The notes under the pieces: generated by a model
Databases searched by the model: none
What the model was told of the DNA's origin: nothing
What the model saw: the letters and a program-made list of their open reading frames with translations, nothing else
Program-made: the position numbers and the translations under genes
DNA from: Penicillus capitatus
Lineage: Eukaryota; Plantae; Chlorophyta
Assembly: GCA_965649825.1 (NCBI GenBank)
Contig: OZ287701.1
Coordinates: 423,101 to 487,100 of the forward strand
Direction: 5' to 3'
DNA length: 64,000 bases
Shown: piece by piece, positions 61,924 to 64,000 of the stretch
How the letters are laid out: every line of letters begins with the position of its first letter
Numbering within the stretch: the stretch's first letter is position 1

Positions 61924-64000
61924 ATGGACACGAATATCTCAAGCGAATCGTTTGCCGGCGGACAATCCGCTCTCCAAGCGCCTGCGCTGCCATCGACTGC
62001 TCCGTTCGAATCTTACATCCACGAGGTAGGTAACGAACACACACCTGTCACCGACTGAACGCACGAACAAACGCACGCACGCACGAACAAACATCTCTGC
62101 TTGTAGATTGTGTATGCGCTGGGTCGGGGTTTCGGTTTCCAAGCCTTTAACGTGAATCCGGACACCTTTAACGTTAACCCTGACACAAACGTAAGCCGCC
62201 GTTTCCACAGCACAGACACACGTAGACATGTCATGATGCCTCTAGCCGCATCACTCCGGAGAAGAATGGGTGGCAGGTGCTGTTTTCGTTGCCAGTGATC
62301 ATCTCGTGCACATTCTGGCCAAAAACATGTACACACGCAACATGGCAGAAGGTCCACCCCACACGCACACAGCTCGATATCTCTAAGCCATTCCTTAGGC
62401 GATGCACGTCACCGATTTATTCTGTCTTCTTGGGATCTGCACGGCAAAATCATGCAAAACTATTTCAAATGGTGTGACCATGTGAACCTTCCTTATCGTC
62501 CTTCCTCTCAGAGCGAATGGTTTAACAAAACTGAGCCGTTCAGTGACGAGGCTTGCCATATGATTCTCTCGGAAGTGGGTTTGTTCTACTTGGTTTGGAC
62601 AGAGGCACACAATCTCAGATACTTGCCGGAGCTATTGAACTTTCTCTACTGGACCATGCGCTTCAGTCCAATATTCGAAGAAGCAGCAAATGTTTCGCAG
62701 GCGACGAAAGGAAACATCCAACCAGTCCCCACGGATCCTGAAGCGGTAAGATGCGTGCCGTATGGAATGGCAGTCCACTGTGTCCTGTCAGATTGTTGCG
62801 AATCTACGACAGTACCGTGAAGATTTCCGTCGAACGTTCTGGGTTCAGATCATGAAATTGCGAGACCGTTGGAATAATGAAGGCGTCGAGCCAACGCCGA
62901 AGCTCATCAGTCAGTACACCGGCGTGGGAGACAATGAAGCGCCGATTCTTGGGGAAGTCATCCGTAACGGAGATGGTGGAGAGTTTCTCGATCTCATTGT
63001 TCAACCAATCTTCAATTTCCTGGCTATCGAAGTGACCACTCCCATCTCTTGCCCTTACCCAAAACCATCGATCTGCCTTGCTGTACGCAGTTAGACGAGA
63101 AAGGAGGAAAACAGAGTATCGAGATCATTAATCGTGTTAACTATGACGACGTGAATGAGTCCATGTGCAATAGAGGACTCGTCCATCGCACATTGAAGAA
63201 GCTCAAAATCGATGGCAGCAAAACCAAGAACGTCAACGATGCATTCGACGCCATAAAGCGATTGCCGTTTGACGCCGAGGTGAGGCCCAGGCGAAAATGC
63301 CTTCTCCTCATTCTTGTTTGCAGTCGGGCGAGAAAGACCTCGATGTCGCCACGGCATTCTGGAGAAGATACTCATTTGCCAAGACGTTCCGCGAACGCAG
63401 AAGCTACCTTCAGATTTTCAGAATGTTCTGGAGAATGTTCACGTTCCACGCTCTCATGTTTCACGAGCTCCTGATTATTGTAAGGCCAATCAATGGACAT
63501 GTCTATCCCTCTTGATGACGCCTGTCGTGCATCTCAGGCGCTCTACGGTGTGGAAGACTTCGATATCGAGTCCTGTCAGGAAGAAGTGAAGAGGGTGCTC
63601 GAAAAAAACGAAACGACGACGACGGATTCGGAATGCGAAAACGTGTCAGGATTCATTGCCGCACACTCTTCGCTGCTGCTAACGCATTGCTTCCTCGTCG
63701 TTATTGAGCGCTTATCTGCTGGATATCTCTCACTTGGTGTCAAAGTACGCTCCGCTGTTTTGCATGTCTCCATCCGAGTGACGCATCCATCTGCATTCAG
63801 GATCCGAGTAAGAAAGTGAAGAAGCGTCGCAGCAAGATGCGCAAAGGCTATGATGATCTGGAAGCTGCCGATGAAGCTGAAGGTCTGACGAAGAAGAAAG
63901 AGAAGAAAAAGAAAGAGAAATTTCCGTCCATCCGAATTGAAGGGACCCCTGTGGGTGTCTTCGGTGAAGGCCTCATCTGGCTGGCGCTCTTCATCGTCAT
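61924..64000 (+). CDS. GSL/CalS: Callose synthase / 1,3-beta-glucan synthase, 5' part, truncated by the window end
   Basis: LGRGFGFQAFNV, QNYFKWCDHV, LFYLVWTEAHNLRYLPELLNFLYW (FKS1 domain), NYDDVNE and KTFRERRSYLQIFRMFWRM. Confidence 0.9.

Noticed and set aside
182-63819. Most short ORFs in the six-frame track
   Set aside because: They are antisense or off-frame shadows of spliced genes, with no motifs of their own.

Overview
Compact, intron-rich eukaryotic nuclear DNA (introns mostly 45-60 nt, standard code). It is most likely a green alga: it has a plastid FNR with transit peptide, a plant-type mitochondrial ATP synthase d subunit, callose synthase and BAHD genes. An ulvophyte/Bryopsidales-like origin is inference only. 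1-12 kb is a housekeeping block: full-size ABCG transporter, tRNA-Gln(CTG), a nitrate reductase that stops after the cytochrome b5 domain (no FAD/NADH module), HPPK-DHPS, FNR, ATP synthase d and a DCC-family oxidoreductase. 12-60 kb is an accessory-looking block: a 6xMATH + 5x MDM2-type RING gene, an RWD-RBR E3 ligase, and a segmental duplication carrying three BAHD acyltransferases (one frameshifted), two beta-helix/multi-TM surface proteins with a hypervariable ectodomain and a duplicated multipass membrane gene (one copy frameshifted). It also holds FUN14, an intronless NB-ARC + 16xTPR NLR-like gene, a 206-bp TG..CA insertion with a 5-bp TSD, and a secreted PAN/apple protein. A callose synthase runs off the right end. 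Gene models were spliced by eye and no database searches were possible, so exon boundaries and some starts are approximate.
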